A stretch of DNA of 64,000 nt from Verrucomicrobiota bacterium (GCA_038214755.1 JBBQRQ010000016.1:1-64000); one strand, 5' to 3'; shown: positions 9,324-19,010, numbered from the stretch's first letter. Numbers and translations are program-made. Notes: generated by a model not told the origin, from the letters alone.

Positions 9324-10774
9324 CATTGGTATCTACACAAGTTTGCTGGTGGCGGGGCTTGACGGGCGGGATACACTGGCGCGCGTCGGTTCCTCTTCCG
9401 AGTCGCAACGCAACTCAACTCGGAAAACCAATGCCAGAACAATGCCGCCAGTCCGGGCCGGCCCAGCCGCCGCTGGAACCCCGGTTGCAAAAACGCTACC
9501 AGCAACTCGTGCAGGAACACTTGCAAATCAGCCAGAGCGTGGCCGCGGGCTTGAACGCCCTGCCCGGCACCGCCCAAAGTTTCGCCAGCACCCAGGCCGC
9601 CTGGCGTTTTTACCGCAATGAAAACGTGAGCCTGCCCGCGCTGGCCCAGCCGCTCATCGAGCAGGGCCGCGCGGCCTTGCGCGCCGCGGGCGCGGAGTAC
9701 GCGCTGGTCGTGCATGACTGGTCGCACTTGAACTTTGATCGGCACACGCGCAAGGCCGATCGCATCGGCGCGAGCGAGCACCGCCGGCAGGGCTACGAAT
9801 TGCAAAGCGCTTTGCTCCTGAGCGACCGGGCCGGCGAGCCGCTGGCGCCCCTCTGCCAAAATCTGGAGTGCGCCGCCGGGCTGCACACCACGCGCGCCCC
9901 CGACGTGCGGCCCGCCGCCACGCATCTGGATGAATTGCGCGCCCGCTGGGATCATCTGGAGGCACTCGCGCTGGGGCGGCCCCTGGTGCATATCGTCGAT
10001 CGCGAGGGCGATTCGGTTGGGCACTACCGCCAATGGGAAGGACATTCCTTTTTGGTGCGGGCCAAGGGCGGCCAGCGCGTGGAGTGGGACGGACAAAGTT
10101 GTTTGCTCTCCTTGGTGGCGAGCGAAATGAAAAAGCCACTCGTGTTTTGCCGCGAGGTGGAGTGGCACGGCCGCCCCGCCCGCCAATACGTGGGCGAGAC
10201 CAGCGTGGTCTTGACGCGGCGCACGCGCCAGAAACGGCGCGGACAAAAGCCCGCCTCGGTGGCGGGGCAGCCGGTCGTGTTGCGTCTGGTCGTCAGCGAA
10301 GTGCGCAGCGAGAGCGGACGAGTGCTGGCGCAATGGCTCCTGTTGAGCAACGTGAGCGCGGCCGTGGACGCGGGCCGGCTGGCCTTGTGGTATTACTGGC
10401 GCTGGCGGATCGAATCGTTTTTCAAGCTGCTCAAAAGCGCGGGCCAGCAGGTGGAGCATTGGCAACAGGAAAATGGATTGGCGGTGGCGCGGCGGCTGTT
10501 GGTGGTGAGCGCGGCGCTGGTGCTGGTGTGGCAATTGGGGCGGGCGGAGACTCCTGCGGCCCAGGAACTGCGGAGGGTGCTGGTGCGGTTGAGCGGGCGG
10601 CAGATGAAGCGCAGGCGCGAGTGGACGGCGCCGGCGCTGTTGGAAGGCGTGTGGGTGCTCTTGTCGATGCTGGAGATGCTCGAGCACTACGAGCTGAGCC
10701 GCCTGCGCCAACTGGCGAAAACCTTTTTCAACCCTCATGGCCAAAAATGATTTCAACTTGTGTAGATACCAATG
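9324..10774 (+). mobile_element. IS4-family insertion sequence (1451 bp)
   Basis: Perfect 20-bp terminal IRs CATTGGTATCTACACAAGTT (9324-9343 / 10755-10774). 8-bp target duplication GCTAAAGC (9316-9323 / 10775-10782). Visibly higher GC than the flanks. Confidence 0.93.
9431..10750 (+). CDS. IS4-family DDE transposase (IS50/Tn5-like N-terminus)
   Basis: VVHDWS and IVDREGD motifs plus the YREK signature YYWRWRIESFFKLLK. Start must lie inside the IS (ATG 9431), not at 9218. Confidence 0.92.
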   Translation: MPEQCRQSGPAQPPLEPRLQKRYQQLVQEHLQISQSVAAGLNALPGTAQSFASTQAAWRFYRNENVSLPALAQPLIEQGRAALRAAGAEYALVVHDWSHLNFDRHTRKADRIGASEHRRQGYELQSALLLSDRAGEPLAPLCQNLECAAGLHTTRAPDVRPAATHLDELRARWDHLEALALGRPLVHIVDREGDSVGHYRQWEGHSFLVRAKGGQRVEWDGQSCLLSLVASEMKKPLVFCREVEWHGRPARQYVGETSVVLTRRTRQKRRGQKPASVAGQPVVLRLVVSEVRSESGRVLAQWLLLSNVSAAVDAGRLALWYYWRWRIESFFKLLKSAGQQVEHWQQENGLAVARRLLVVSAALVLVWQLGRAETPAAQELRRVLVRLSGRQMKRRREWTAPALLEGVWVLLSMLEMLEHYELSRLRQLAKTFFNPHGQK

Positions 10775-10837
10775 GCTAAAGCAGGGTGCTAATGAGAGAA
10801 GAATAAAAATATTCAGACCGCCTCCTCACGTCGGCGG

Positions 10838-12496
10838 CTACGGGATTTTGCTCAAGTCAGGATGTTTCAAATGGAAACCAGTCGCGTCTTGATATGCCTT
10901 TGCCGCCGCCAGCAAGTTCGCTTCCCCAAAAAGCTTTCCGACGAACGAAATACTTGTCGGCAATCCGCTGGCCGAAAAACCATTGGGCAGACCAACGCTC
11001 GGATGCCCGGTCAAATTCGTCAGCAGCAAATTATCGCCGGTGTCGGTGGGCGCAACATACACGTCGATGTCGCTCATTAACTTCGCCATTTGCTGAATCA
11101 ACAAATAGCGGATGCGTTGCGCCTGCAAATATTCGACCGCGGGAACAAAGCGCGCTTTGCGAAAAACATTGGGCCACGCATTTTTTATTTGGCGCACCAT
11201 CAAATCGTCCTGGTTGCTGCGCGTGAGTTCGTCGAAGGCTGTCGCTCCTTCCGTGCTTAACACGAAGGAAATATCATCGACGGGAAATTTCGGCAGTTCG
11301 ATTGGAATTAATTTTGCCCCGAGCGATTTCAAAACTTCCAGCGTGGCCAAATCGTTCGTTGGATTTTTTTCTTTGGCGAAATCACTTTTCAAATAACCGA
11401 TGCGAAGTTTTCGTAAATCAACTTTGGGCCGGTAATTAAACGGCGCGTTGTAAACCGTCTGGTCCATTTCGTCCGGGCCGTAAATCGCGTTGAACACCAG
11501 CGCGCAATCTTCCACCGTCCGGCAGATCGGTCCCAGCTTGTCCATCGTCCAACTCAGCGACATGACGCCGGTGCGCGGGACACGGCCATACGTCGGGCGC
11601 AGACCGGTCACGCCACAAACGGTCGCGGGGGAAAGAATCGAGCCGTGCGTTTCCGAACCAATTCCAAATGCAAAAAGTCCAGCCGAAGTTCCGGCGGATG
11701 ATCCCGCCGACGAACCGCTCGAACCATTTTTTGGATTCCACGGATTGCGCGTCATTCCGCCAAACCAAACATCGCCCCAGGCCAGTTCTCCCATCGTCGT
11801 TTTCGCGACCAAAACTGCTCCGGCTTTTTCCAGGCGCGTTATCACGGTCGCGTCTTCGTCGAACATCTGATTCGTGAAAGGGACGGAACCCCACGTCGTG
11901 CGAATGCCTTTGGTCGAGAGCAAATCTTTCGCGCCGTAGGGAATTCCATGAAGCGGCCCCCGATATTTTCCGGCGGCGATTTCGCGGTCGGCGCGCCGCG
12001 CTTGGGCCAGCGCCAGATCTTCGGTGAGCGTGATGACGCATTCTAATTTGGGGCCGTATTTTTTCAACCGTTCCAAATAGATTCGCGTCAATTGTTCGGA
12101 AGAAATTTTGCGCGACTTGATCAACAACGCCAGTTCGCCCACTGAACAGAAAGCCAGTTCCTCGAGGTCGTGGGGCAGTTTGATTTTTCGCGGCGAACTC
12201 CATTTTAGTTTTTTGAAATGGGTGTCGAATTTAAAGCCGACGGGGATCGGGTTGAACAAAACAGCGGGCGGCGTGGTGTAGGGAATTTTTTGCGCGCGAA
12301 TTTTTTCGTAGGAATTTAAGCGGGCGTTCAATCCGTCGAGCATCATGTCGCGTTTCTGGTCGGAAAAATTCAGGCCGATAACTTTTTCCGCATCGGCCAC
12401 CACTTGTCGCGTGATCTGATTGGTGGCCGGTTGAGACCAGAGAAAGTGCGATTGAAAGAATAATCCGAGAACCAGCAGACGTTTTGAGAAATTCAT
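10838..12496 (-). CDS. Amidase signature family protein (GatA-like, exported)
   Basis: GPLHGIPYGAKD, GSSGSSAGS and GSETHGSI catalytic motifs; signal-like N-terminus from ATG 12496. Confidence 0.9.
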   Translation of the reverse strand: MNFSKRLLVLGLFFQSHFLWSQPATNQITRQVVADAEKVIGLNFSDQKRDMMLDGLNARLNSYEKIRAQKIPYTTPPAVLFNPIPVGFKFDTHFKKLKWSSPRKIKLPHDLEELAFCSVGELALLIKSRKISSEQLTRIYLERLKKYGPKLECVITLTEDLALAQARRADREIAAGKYRGPLHGIPYGAKDLLSTKGIRTTWGSVPFTNQMFDEDATVITRLEKAGAVLVAKTTMGELAWGDVWFGGMTRNPWNPKNGSSGSSAGSSAGTSAGLFAFGIGSETHGSILSPATVCGVTGLRPTYGRVPRTGVMSLSWTMDKLGPICRTVEDCALVFNAIYGPDEMDQTVYNAPFNYRPKVDLRKLRIGYLKSDFAKEKNPTNDLATLEVLKSLGAKLIPIELPKFPVDDISFVLSTEGATAFDELTRSNQDDLMVRQIKNAWPNVFRKARFVPAVEYLQAQRIRYLLIQQMAKLMSDIDVYVAPTDTGDNLLLTNLTGHPSVGLPNGFSASGLPTSISFVGKLFGEANLLAAAKAYQDATGFHLKHPDLSKIP

Positions 12497-12581
12497 CCGG
12501 GAAAATATTGATCGAACCAAAAAATATTTGCAGCAGGAATATGGTTTGTGATTCGACTGCGAGAAAGCATAGTAACGGCGT

Positions 12582-12863
12582 ATGACCGTATTTCCTGAAT
12601 GGGTTCAATCGCAAAAACTGGTTTCTGAACTGGCCGAGAGGCTGGGCAGCACGTTGAACGAGGCCAGCGCCCGCTCCATTCTCGCGCTCAAGCTGGACGG
12701 GCCGAGTCCAGAACGACGGCAGGAACTCGCCAGCAAGGCGAATGAAGGGCTGCTCAGCGCCGAGGAGTTCGCTGAATACGAAACCTACGCGCAATTGCGC
12801 GGCCTTCTCGCCGTGCTTCAATCCAAGGCGCGACTCTGTCTCAATCCTCTGGGTCCGGCATGA
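12582..12863 (+). CDS. Small hypothetical protein of the type that commonly precedes HNH nucleases (antitoxin-like)
   Basis: 93-aa helical ORF (ELASKANEGLLSAEE...LQSKAR); its stop overlaps the ATG of the HNH remnant. Confidence 0.6.
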   Translation: MTVFPEWVQSQKLVSELAERLGSTLNEASARSILALKLDGPSPERRQELASKANEGLLSAEEFAEYETYAQLRGLLAVLQSKARLCLNPLGPA

Positions 12864-12984
12864 GGTCCCCTTACCGGGAATTTATGAGGCAACGAGCCCG
12901 TGCCCGCTGCGCGAATATTGCCGCCTGCTGGATTTCGCCATTGAGCGGGAAGATTTCCTCCGACTCGGGGCGTGGAAGGAATAA
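12860..12984 (+). pseudogene. HNH endonuclease remnant (frameshifted, internally deleted)
   Basis: ATG 12860 reads MRSPYREFMRQRARARC. A frameshift continues EYCRL, reconstructing the RARxRCEYCRL HNH N-terminus, and the frame stops after about 40 codons. Confidence 0.55.
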
Positions 12985-13031
12985 TCAGAGTCCGGGTTAA
13001 AGCTGGCGAGGTTCGGGGTCTTTCGGGTGAA

Positions 13032-13418
13032 TCACCCCGGCAAACCAAGACTCAAACGAACTTCTTGGCGAATCGCCTTGGATTCCTTCAAACACTGTCG
13101 GGCTTCCGCCAAAGTGGCATTGTCTCCGGGATAACGGAAATCCACGGCGTAATCGGTCAACAACTGCACGGCGGGCAGGAACGGTTTCCAAAGCGGTTCG
13201 AGCGGAAGAAGCAAGTTCAGAAGCGCCACCAAATCGTGCGTCTTGGGAAACACGATGCCCGCCTCGCACAAGCGCGCTTTGAAATACTTCTCCACCGTTT
13301 GCTGGCAATGAAAGCACGCCGCATCCAGCACCCGGTGCTCGCGCCGTCGCATGATTTGCGAACCCACCAGAAAATCGCCCTCCGCCTTCTCCACCCATTC
13401 AGCGGTCATCGGCTTCAT
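13032..13418 (-). CDS. HEPN domain protein (toxin of a HEPN-MNT pair)
   Basis: EWVEKAEGD, CFHCQQTVEKYFKA, KTHDL and RYPG motifs; overlaps the MNT gene. Confidence 0.9.
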   Translation of the reverse strand: MKPMTAEWVEKAEGDFLVGSQIMRRREHRVLDAACFHCQQTVEKYFKARLCEAGIVFPKTHDLVALLNLLLPLEPLWKPFLPAVQLLTDYAVDFRYPGDNATLAEARQCLKESKAIRQEVRLSLGLPG

Positions 13419-13719
13419 ACAGCACCTTGCCCTTGGTCAGGATTTCCTGCGTGAAGCAATCCCCCCACGCCAACCGTTGTGCGATGAACTCCGGCGTGCG
13501 CACGATCAAGTCCATCGGGAAGCCAGACGGGATGGCCCGGCGGATTTCGAGCGACTTGCGGCCCTCCTTGCGATCAAACGGCATGATGACCAGCAAATCC
13601 ACGTCCGAATCCTCGGTGGGTTTGCCGTAGCCGTAAGAGCCGAAGAGAATGATTTTCTCCGGGCGAAACTTCCGGGCGACGGCCTGACTGAATTTTCCGA
13701 TTTGCTTGCGCTCAATCAC
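13399..13719 (-). CDS. Minimal nucleotidyltransferase (MNT) antitoxin
   Basis: IILFGSYGYG...DSDVDLLV motif; C-terminal GKVLYE. Confidence 0.9.
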   Translation of the reverse strand: MIERKQIGKFSQAVARKFRPEKIILFGSYGYGKPTEDSDVDLLVIMPFDRKEGRKSLEIRRAIPSGFPMDLIVRTPEFIAQRLAWGDCFTQEILTKGKVLYEADDR

Positions 13720-13815
13720 ACTTCACTGTTGGCTGAAAAAACCATCCGATGCAAGGTGGGAAAAAGCGGCGGCGGCGAGGCGTCTGCCACGCCCACGACG
13801 TGACCTCCGAACTTT

Positions 13816-14409
13816 TTACGATTTGACCGAAGTGGTGGAAAGTTCAAAGGAGACCAGTTCGTCGCTCAAACGTTCCAGCGGCAGACCGACGACGTTGCTG
13901 AACGAACCGGAAATGTGCCGAACCAAATCATCGCCATGCTCTTGGATTGCATAGGCCCCTGCTTTATCGAGCGGATTCATTTTCGTGTGGTAATGGGCGA
14001 TTTCCTTGGGTGTGAGAGAACGAAAGGTGACTTTGGTCCGTTCGGAAAAAACTTTTTGCCGATGCAATCGAAGGTGGATCAGGCAAACGCCGGTCACAAC
14101 TTCGTGCGTGGTGCCTTGCAATTCTTCCAACATGCGCCGCGCCTCCGCTTCATCCTTCGGCTTGCCAAATAATTTCCGGCCAAGCTCCACCAAAGTGTCC
14201 ATGGCGATGACCAGAGAATCGGGAAATTTTTTGGAAACGGTCCGGGCTTTTCGATAGGCGTTGATCTGCGCGAGTTCCCCGGCGCTCAAATATTCGTGAT
14301 GGATTTCTTCCGCTTTGCTCGGAATGACCTGAAATTTCATGCCGGTTTGGCGTAAAATTTCCCGGCGGCGCGGAGAGGCCGAGGCTAAAATAAGCGAGGG
14401 CAAGTTCAT
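13816..14409 (-). CDS. maf: Maf family nucleotide pyrophosphatase
   Basis: ILASASPRR, DTLV, GKP, DKAGAYAIQ and NVVGLP motifs. Confidence 0.95.
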   Translation of the reverse strand: MNLPSLILASASPRRREILRQTGMKFQVIPSKAEEIHHEYLSAGELAQINAYRKARTVSKKFPDSLVIAMDTLVELGRKLFGKPKDEAEARRMLEELQGTTHEVVTGVCLIHLRLHRQKVFSERTKVTFRSLTPKEIAHYHTKMNPLDKAGAYAIQEHGDDLVRHISGSFSNVVGLPLERLSDELVSFELSTTSVKS

Positions 14410-14457
14410 GAATTTCCTAAGGCTTAGCGAAAGTGTTGCTCCACTTCACGCCTCACC

Positions 14458-15027
14458 TTACCGTTGCGTCGAAAAAAACGCACCCTGAAATTTCGACAAC
14501 TTTTTGGCAAATGCCGCGTCGTCCAAAACCGGCGTCGCGCCCTCGATCGCGATGTTTTCGGCAAGCTCAATCCAGGATTTACAACCGTCGTAGCTGGGAG
14601 AATGCGGCAGCTCAATACGTTCCGGCAGACGAAACACGCGCAGCGCCATCGCAAAAATATTTTTGCTTTTGCCCCAGGCAAATCGTTCCGCGACGACTTC
14701 ATCGCGCCAAAAATGTTGTCCGCTCAGACCTGCCGCAGCGGCGAGAGAATCCAGCTTCCGCCACTCGATCACTTTGGCGAAAAATTCGAGTCGCAACATT
14801 TCGGGCGGCGAAAAACTTTTTGCAATTTCATCAAAACGTTTTTGCGCCGCCGGCAAAACCGCTTCGCGTTGTTGATGAAAAAGAGTTGGGAACAGAAAAA
14901 ATTCTGCATGGTCCATTTGAAACCCGGAGCGGCCTTCGCCGATCCCGCCCTTGCGCAAAATTAAAATTTGTTCTCCGCGACCGAGCGCATCGACGATGAC
15001 CGCCCACTCTTTAAATGCAATTCGCAC
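14458..15027 (-). CDS. DUF1802 family protein
   Basis: AFKEWAVIVDALGRGEQILILRKGGI, FFLFPT and GCKSW motifs; probable GTG start at 15027. Confidence 0.8.
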   Translation of the reverse strand: MRIAFKEWAVIVDALGRGEQILILRKGGIGEGRSGFQMDHAEFFLFPTLFHQQREAVLPAAQKRFDEIAKSFSPPEMLRLEFFAKVIEWRKLDSLAAAAGLSGQHFWRDEVVAERFAWGKSKNIFAMALRVFRLPERIELPHSPSYDGCKSWIELAENIAIEGATPVLDDAAFAKKLSKFQGAFFSTQR

Positions 15028-15132
15028 GATTTGAAAATAGTTCAGTCCCCCACCGCGCGTCGAGATGCTGAAAAAGCCCAACCTCTTGCGCCCAAAAAAA
15101 TCTTTGCTAAGTTTTCGCAGGCTCAAGGGATT

Positions 15133-16662
15133 ATGAACACAAAACCATATTGGCAAACCTCCGCGACACTTCCCCGCTTTCCAGCGCTCGGCAAAAATCT
15201 TGAAGTCGATGTTGTGATTATTGGCGGAGGGTTGACCGGCATCACGACCGCGCATCTTTTGAAAAAGGAGGGGGTCAAGGTCGCGTTGCTCGAACGCGGG
15301 CGGTGCGCGGGTGCGGACACGGGACACACCACCGCTCACTTGACCTACGTGACGGACTATCGCTTGCGCGATCTCGTCAAAACTTTCGGGCGCGATGGCG
15401 CAAAGTCATTTTGGGAAGCGGGCGCGGCGGCCATTGATCAAATTTATGATATGGCCAAAACATCCGCGCCGGATTCGGAATTCAAATGGGTCCCCGGCTA
15501 TTTGCACGCCTCGCTGATGGAGACCGACAAAAAAGATCGCGCGTCGCTGGAAGAAGATGCGCAACTGGCGAAGGAACTTGGATTCGACGCGGAGTTTCTC
15601 GAAGCCGTTCCTTTCATGAATCGGCCCGGAGTGAAGTTCACTCATCAAGCCAAGTTTCATCCTTACAAATATCTCGCGCCGCTCCTCAAATCCATTCCGG
15701 GCGATGGCAGTTACGTTTTTGAAAATACCGAAGCTTCGGAGGTTGATGAAAAACCGCTGGCCGTTCATGCCGGTAAAAATAAAATTCGTTGCAGCTATCT
15801 AATCATTGCCACGCATACGCCGCTGCTGGGCAAAACCAACTTGTTAAAAGGAACTCTGTTTCAAAGCAAACTCGCGCTCTACACCAGCTACGTTTTCGGC
15901 GCGAAACTCCCGAACGCCACCGTGCCGGAAGCGCTTTTCTGGGACACGACTGATCCCTATTATTATCTGCGCGTGGACCGCCATCGTGGCTATGACTACG
16001 CCATCTTCGGCGGCGAAGATGTGAAGACCGGCCAGGAGGACGACGTGGAAAAAACTTTCTCCCGATTGCACAAAAAATTAAAAGAAGTTTTGCCGAAAGC
16101 AGAAGTGCAGCATCGCTGGATGGGCCAGGTGGTCGAGACCAACGACGGCCTCCCGTTCATCGGCGAAAATGAAGGCAAGCAATTTGTCGCCACCGGTTTT
16201 TGTGGCAACGGTTTCACTCTCGGCACACTCAGCGCGATGATGGCGCGCGACCGTTATCTAAAACGAAAAAATCCGTGGTTTGATTTGTTCGCCACGAACC
16301 GCAAAAAATTTCACGGCGGCACGTGGCGTTATTTCGCCGAAAACGCGGACTATCCTTACTACATGGTGCGAGACCGACTCGCGGCGGCGGAAGGCGATTC
16401 TTTGGGCGACCTGAAAACAGACGAGGGAAAGATCCTGCGGCTCGATGGAAAAAAAGTCGCGGCCTATCGCGGCAAAGATGGAAAAGTGACGCTGTGTTCG
16501 CCCGTCTGCACCCACCTCAAATGCATCGTGCACTGGAACGCCGCGGACAAAACGTGGGACTGTCCGTGTCACGGCTCGCGCTTTAAATCTGATGGCGAAG
16601 TGTTTTCCGGCCCCGCCGAAGAGCCGTTGGAAAAAATTCCACAGCCCAAAAAGAAAAAATAA
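15133..16662 (+). CDS. FAD-dependent oxidoreductase with C-terminal Rieske [2Fe-2S] domain (YhfW-like)
   Basis: IIGGGLTG FAD motif, TGHTTAH, and Rieske CTHLKC...WDCPCHGSRF; ATG 15133. Confidence 0.92.
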   Translation: MNTKPYWQTSATLPRFPALGKNLEVDVVIIGGGLTGITTAHLLKKEGVKVALLERGRCAGADTGHTTAHLTYVTDYRLRDLVKTFGRDGAKSFWEAGAAAIDQIYDMAKTSAPDSEFKWVPGYLHASLMETDKKDRASLEEDAQLAKELGFDAEFLEAVPFMNRPGVKFTHQAKFHPYKYLAPLLKSIPGDGSYVFENTEASEVDEKPLAVHAGKNKIRCSYLIIATHTPLLGKTNLLKGTLFQSKLALYTSYVFGAKLPNATVPEALFWDTTDPYYYLRVDRHRGYDYAIFGGEDVKTGQEDDVEKTFSRLHKKLKEVLPKAEVQHRWMGQVVETNDGLPFIGENEGKQFVATGFCGNGFTLGTLSAMMARDRYLKRKNPWFDLFATNRKKFHGGTWRYFAENADYPYYMVRDRLAAAEGDSLGDLKTDEGKILRLDGKKVAAYRGKDGKVTLCSPVCTHLKCIVHWNAADKTWDCPCHGSRFKSDGEVFSGPAEEPLEKIPQPKKKK

Positions 16663-16774
16663 TTTTGCCGCGGCGAATCTTTGAAATCGGTGTCGGACGA
16701 ATTGTTCGGCTAATCAAGTTTGAATTGCCACAGTCTGCTTGCGTCTCGTGCGAACAAAAAGTAAGGTCGCAACT

Positions 16775-17044
16775 ATGATTGCAACATTGTCCAGGAGTCA
16801 GGCCGACTTGCCGAGGCTGGTTGAACTCGCCAGCCAGGGCGAGGACGTGGTCATCACGGTCGAAGGCCAACCCAAGGCGCGGTTGACGCGCGCGGAAACG
16901 GTGGTTCGTCCGCGCCAATTGAGCCAGGAAGAAAAAGAGCAATGGCTGGCGGAATTGGCGGAGCTTAGGCGTTCGGTCAGCACCGGCAAACAGGGATTGA
17001 CTGTCGACCAAATTCTGGATGAAGACCGCGCCGACCGCGTTTGA
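16775..17044 (+). CDS. Phd/YefM family antitoxin
   Basis: LPRLVELASQGEDVVITVEGQPKARL; overlaps the PIN toxin gene. Confidence 0.85.
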   Translation: MIATLSRSQADLPRLVELASQGEDVVITVEGQPKARLTRAETVVRPRQLSQEEKEQWLAELAELRRSVSTGKQGLTVDQILDEDRADRV

Positions 17045-17481
17045 CCATGCATTACTGGGACACTTCCACGCTGGCCAAACTTTACGTCAGCGAGCCGGAT
17101 TCAAAAATCTTTGAGGCCCATCTGGCGGCCACCGGCACAGCGGTCACTTCCGAATTGGCCCGATGGGAATTGTTCCGCGTGGCTGCAAGAAAAGAAGCGG
17201 AAGGATTAATCGGGGCAGGCGACACGGAAATTATTTTTGCCAGATTTCTCACGGACGTTTCGGCTGGCAAGGTGACGCTTGTCCCGTTTAGTGAAACGGT
17301 TGAAAACCGTTATCGCGATTTGGTGTTGCGATTACATCGGTTGAAGCCGCCGATCGTAGCCCGCACATTGGACTGTATTCATATTGCAACGGCGGAATTG
17401 ATCGGCGCGGAAGAAGTTGTCGTTACCGACGCCGGGTGGCGAAAAGCCGCGAGTGCAATCGGTTTGAAAGTTTTTCCTTAA
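17041..17481 (+). CDS. vapC: VapC family PIN-domain toxin
   Basis: YWDTSTLAKLYVSE, RTLDCIHIATA and VTD acidic PIN residues. Confidence 0.88.
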   Translation: MTMHYWDTSTLAKLYVSEPDSKIFEAHLAATGTAVTSELARWELFRVAARKEAEGLIGAGDTEIIFARFLTDVSAGKVTLVPFSETVENRYRDLVLRLHRLKPPIVARTLDCIHIATAELIGAEEVVVTDAGWRKAASAIGLKVFP

Positions 17482-17496
17482 CCGGATTTCCCTTAA

Positions 17497-17570
17497 ATGA
17501 AACTCACTCTTCACTGGCTCAAACAATACGTCGATTTCGATTGGTCACCCGAAGAATTGAGCGAGCGGCT
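17497..17570 (+). pseudogene. Diverged duplicate of the pheT 5' end (first ~25 codons)
   Basis: 74 bp matching 19011-19084 with 7 mismatches; translates MKLTLHWLKQYVDFDWSPEELSERL and stops at 17601. Confidence 0.9.
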
Positions 17571-17613
17571 TTCAACTTGTTTAGAGTTTTCCTTTCACTA
17601 AATTGAAATCGTT

Positions 17614-17862
17614 ATGGTCGCTGTTCAACTCGAAGAAAATCAGGTGATTGAGCTGGTGAGGCAACTCGCGCCGGAAAAGCAGGCGGAATTGCTGCGCACG
17701 CTCCTGACTTCGGCGTGGCCCGGCTGGACGGCTGGCGCAAGTTACGGCGAGCAACGCGCCCGCGCCGCCGCCAAAAAACGCGGTCGGGATTGGGAGCGGA
17801 TGACCGAAGCGGAACGCGACGCATTCGTTGACGACGTGCTTCACGGGGATGACTCGCGATGA
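17614..17862 (+). CDS. Small putative antitoxin
   Basis: 82-aa ORF whose stop overlaps (ATGA) a PIN-type ORF. Confidence 0.6.
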   Translation: MVAVQLEENQVIELVRQLAPEKQAELLRTLLTSAWPGWTAGASYGEQRARAAAKKRGRDWERMTEAERDAFVDDVLHGDDSR

Positions 17863-18077
17863 TTCGCGCGGTTTTCGACACGAACATTCTGGTGTCGGCA
17901 CGACTCTCTTTGCTTGGTAATCCGGCTCGTTGTCTGGCTCTGGCGCATTTGCGGCAAATTGAATCCATCACGTGCGCGGCTATTCTCGACGAGTTCACGG
18001 AAAAATTAATTGGCACGTTCGATTACGAATCGTCGCGCGCAACAGAAATCGAGAAAAGTGCAACCCTGTCAATTTGA
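17859..18077 (+). pseudogene. Truncated PIN-domain toxin
   Basis: RAVFDTNILVSA...ILDEF PIN N-terminus, but only 72 aa; the C-terminal acidic PIN residues are missing. Confidence 0.7.
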
Positions 18078-18091
18078 ACTATCTTCCGGCG

Positions 18092-18286
18092 ATGCGCACA
18101 GACCATCTCAAACTTCCGAAAGACGAAGCTGCCGAAGCGAAACGCGCGGCCTCGTACGAACGAAAGCAGAAATGGAAGGAGCAGCCCTCCAACCGTTACA
18201 CACCAGATGAGCTCCGCGGAATGACCGGTGAGTTTGCCGATTGTACCCTGCATAAGCGGCGCACGAAGGTCATGTTCATTGACTGA
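18092..18286 (+). CDS. Small hypothetical protein (candidate partner of the downstream NTase)
   Basis: ATG 18092, 64 aa, charged; stop lies 1 nt before the next ATG. Confidence 0.5.
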   Translation: MRTDHLKLPKDEAAEAKRAASYERKQKWKEQPSNRYTPDELRGMTGEFADCTLHKRRTKVMFID

Positions 18287-18287
18287 T

Positions 18288-19004
18288 ATGGCGCTCCCCA
18301 AGGTCAATGATTGGTCGGCCTTTCGCCGTCATTTAAAATTGCTCGCCGACGAATTCCCGGAGCCGTTCACAGAATGGGTGCTGATTGGCGGCGGGGCATG
18401 CTGGTTTTATCGCACGGTTCTGGAGCGCTGGGCGGATACCGATTTTCCTGCGCCGATTTTTTCCGAGAAGGAGGAGGCGAACTGGTTGAGCAAGGACATT
18501 GATTTTATGGGTGCGACGGTGAAGGAGGCGGAGGCATTACTGGGCGCACCGTTCAACGAGGAGACGCACACGATTTCGTTCCGGGGCATTGACGTTGATT
18601 TTCTTGAGGAAGGTATCCGGCTCACGCGGCAGGAGGCAGCCCGGAATGCACGTCAGGCGCGGACGGCGGATTTTGTTTTTCGGGTCCTCGATGCGGGCTG
18701 GCTGTATGCCGAGAAGTTGGCCGTCGCCCATAACAAGGATCGCTTGCAAGACCGCTTGCATCTGCGCGCGCTGGAAACTTTTCTCAAATGCGAGTTCTGC
18801 CGTGAAGTGGAAGACCCGGCCACGTTGGATGCGGATGAGTGGGTGGAACGCGCCCGCACCGTGAAGACAGCCGACCATGATTTTTTTTCGCGCGACAAAG
18901 TGCTCGTTGCCCGTCTCCAACATGGCATTCGGACGCTCATCAATCCCGAACATCGCGCCTTGAAGCACTGGGCCAAACATCATCTGCCCGGTTACATTGA
19001 ATAA
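18288..19004 (+). CDS. Putative Pol-beta-superfamily nucleotidyltransferase (AbiEii/MenT-like)
   Basis: VLIGGGA...SKDIDF...VDFL...EKL...DRLQD motif series; ATG 18288. Confidence 0.6.
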   Translation: MALPKVNDWSAFRRHLKLLADEFPEPFTEWVLIGGGACWFYRTVLERWADTDFPAPIFSEKEEANWLSKDIDFMGATVKEAEALLGAPFNEETHTISFRGIDVDFLEEGIRLTRQEAARNARQARTADFVFRVLDAGWLYAEKLAVAHNKDRLQDRLHLRALETFLKCEFCREVEDPATLDADEWVERARTVKTADHDFFSRDKVLVARLQHGIRTLINPEHRALKHWAKHHLPGYIE

Positions 19005-19010
19005 TTTTGT

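Noticed and set aside
9317..10756. 479-aa antisense ORF spanning the IS
   Set aside because: It mirrors the GC-rich transposase codon pattern and has no recognisable motifs.
10838..12496. Calling the amidase gatA
   Set aside because: It has a signal-like N-terminus and no gatB/gatC neighbours, so it is a generic amidase.
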